Origin: a bacterium
GTDB taxonomy: Bacteria > Patescibacteriota > Minisyncoccia > Phycocordibacterales > GCA-002787175
Assembly (NCBI GenBank): GCA_030689285.1
Contig: JAUYJM010000007.1
Span: 1 to 36,649 of the forward strand
DNA length: 36,649 nt
Direction of reading: 5' to 3'
The notes under the pieces were generated by a model. It worked only from the letters and a program-made list of their open reading frames with translations, made no database searches and was not told the origin of the DNA. Below, one piece after another: positions 35,645 to 36,649 of this stretch. A program made the position numbers and the translations under genes. Position 1 is the stretch's first letter; every line of letters begins with the position of its first letter.

Positions 35645-36649
35645 ACGAACTTATTATAGTTATCTTTATCTATTACGCAAGGTTTCGGCACGGGTACTAT
35701 AAAAACAGTGCCGGATTTTATGTAATTTTTCATTTTTTTCAAAAGCTCCGGCAAAAAATTCCAAGCCAAAACTAAAAAGGCGTCCGGCGGCAAAGTCTTC
35801 TTCTCATCCCAAATCGGAATTCTGACGCCGGGAATGTACTTTCCGATTTTGAGCGGATTTACTTCAACCGCCGCCGAAACCAAATCTGGTCCGATGCCAA
35901 AAGAATTCAGCATTGTGGAACCCTTAATCGGGGCGCCGAGCGCGTAAACTATTTTCCCTTCTTTTTTAAATTTTTTTAAAATAGATAGGAGTTTGCTTTT
36001 CATTTTCCCTACCCTCCGAGCAAACATTTGATATGTGGCGAATTTGCCAAGCTCTCGCCTTTTTTCGTCCTCTCTCATCTTTGCCACCGAGGGACTCGCG
36101 CGTCTTGTCCCTTTTTTTGCAATCAGATACTCAATGGAACCGCCGTGTATCGGTAAAAACCCAACAGAAAAAACTTCCAAATCGTACTGTCTTAGAAGCT
36201 TTTCTATGGAACAAAGAGTCCAGTAAGTCAGATGTTCGTGGTATATCTGGTCAAAAGCCCCTATCTTTATCATTTGTCCCAGGTAAATAGCCTGTACGCA
36301 AAGCACTCCATTTTCACCGATAAGCTCCGCAATACCCTTTGTAACGGAATGAAGCTCTTCCAAGTGAAAGAATACGCCGGCGGCAGTTACCAGACTAGCA
36401 TACCCTCGTTTTGCGATAATCTCTCTTGTTACTTTCTCATTAAAAAACTTCGGCAAAGTTTCCAATCCTCTTTTGTTGGCGATTTTCGCAAGGTTCTTAG
36501 CCCCGTCAACACCGAGTGTTTTTACGCCGGTACCCCGCCAACATTCAAGCCACGTGCCGTCGTTTGAACCGATATCAACGACAAGGTCCCCTTTTTTGAG
36601 TTTTAACCTCTTTATGAGCCGTTTTGTGCTTTCTTCAAAATGCTTCTTT
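35641..36649 (-). CDS. NDP-sugar C-methyltransferase, 5' end truncated by the window edge
   Basis: Frame open to the edge with VVDIGSNDG; FDQIYHEHLTY, HGGSI, GAPIKG, LAWNF. Confidence 0.88.
   Translation of the reverse strand, partial: KKHFEESTKRLIKRLKLKKGDLVVDIGSNDGTWLECWRGTGVKTLGVDGAKNLAKIANKRGLETLPKFFNEKVTREIIAKRGYASLVTAAGVFFHLEELHSVTKGIAELIGENGVLCVQAIYLGQMIKIGAFDQIYHEHLTYWTLCSIEKLLRQYDLEVFSVGFLPIHGGSIEYLIAKKGTRRASPSVAKMREDEKRRELGKFATYQMFARRVGKMKSKLLSILKKFKKEGKIVYALGAPIKGSTMLNSFGIGPDLVSAAVEVNPLKIGKYIPGVRIPIWDEKKTLPPDAFLVLAWNFLPELLKKMKNYIKSGTVFIVPVPKPCVIDKDNYNKFV

Overview
Window from a reduced-genome bacterium, most likely Patescibacteria/CPR (Parcubacteria-like). This is inferred from the missing rpmD between rpsE and rplO, the scarcity of Shine-Dalgarno sites and the interrupted ribosomal operons. 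Layout: (1) 3' end of tmRNA followed by a nested-hairpin element built from inverted and direct copies of the tmRNA 3' end, with a second partial copy at ~3660 bounding a 3.5 kb accessory block (GT4, tandem-XRE regulator, REP-like palindromes), then four small orphan genes; (2) infC-rpmI-rplT; (3) MBL/beta-CASP nuclease, a membrane protein, a probable 6S RNA with promoter and terminator, and ndk; (4) a minus-strand ribosomal cluster from rpsS to map, detached from rpsJ-rplB, with its own promoter and several families of ~100-140 bp palindromic tandem-repeat spacers ending just before start codons; (5) argS with an in-frame heptamer repeat; (6) a ~15.5 kb surface-glycan locus running off the end: ABC exporter, GtrB-like GT2, SMR-like flippase, GT-C-like membrane protein, FkbM methyltransferases, GDP-heptose enzymes (HddA, HddC, Cj1427-like), cupin, reductases and a sugar C-methyltransferase. 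All calls are by eye from motifs and remembered family signatures; no searches were run.
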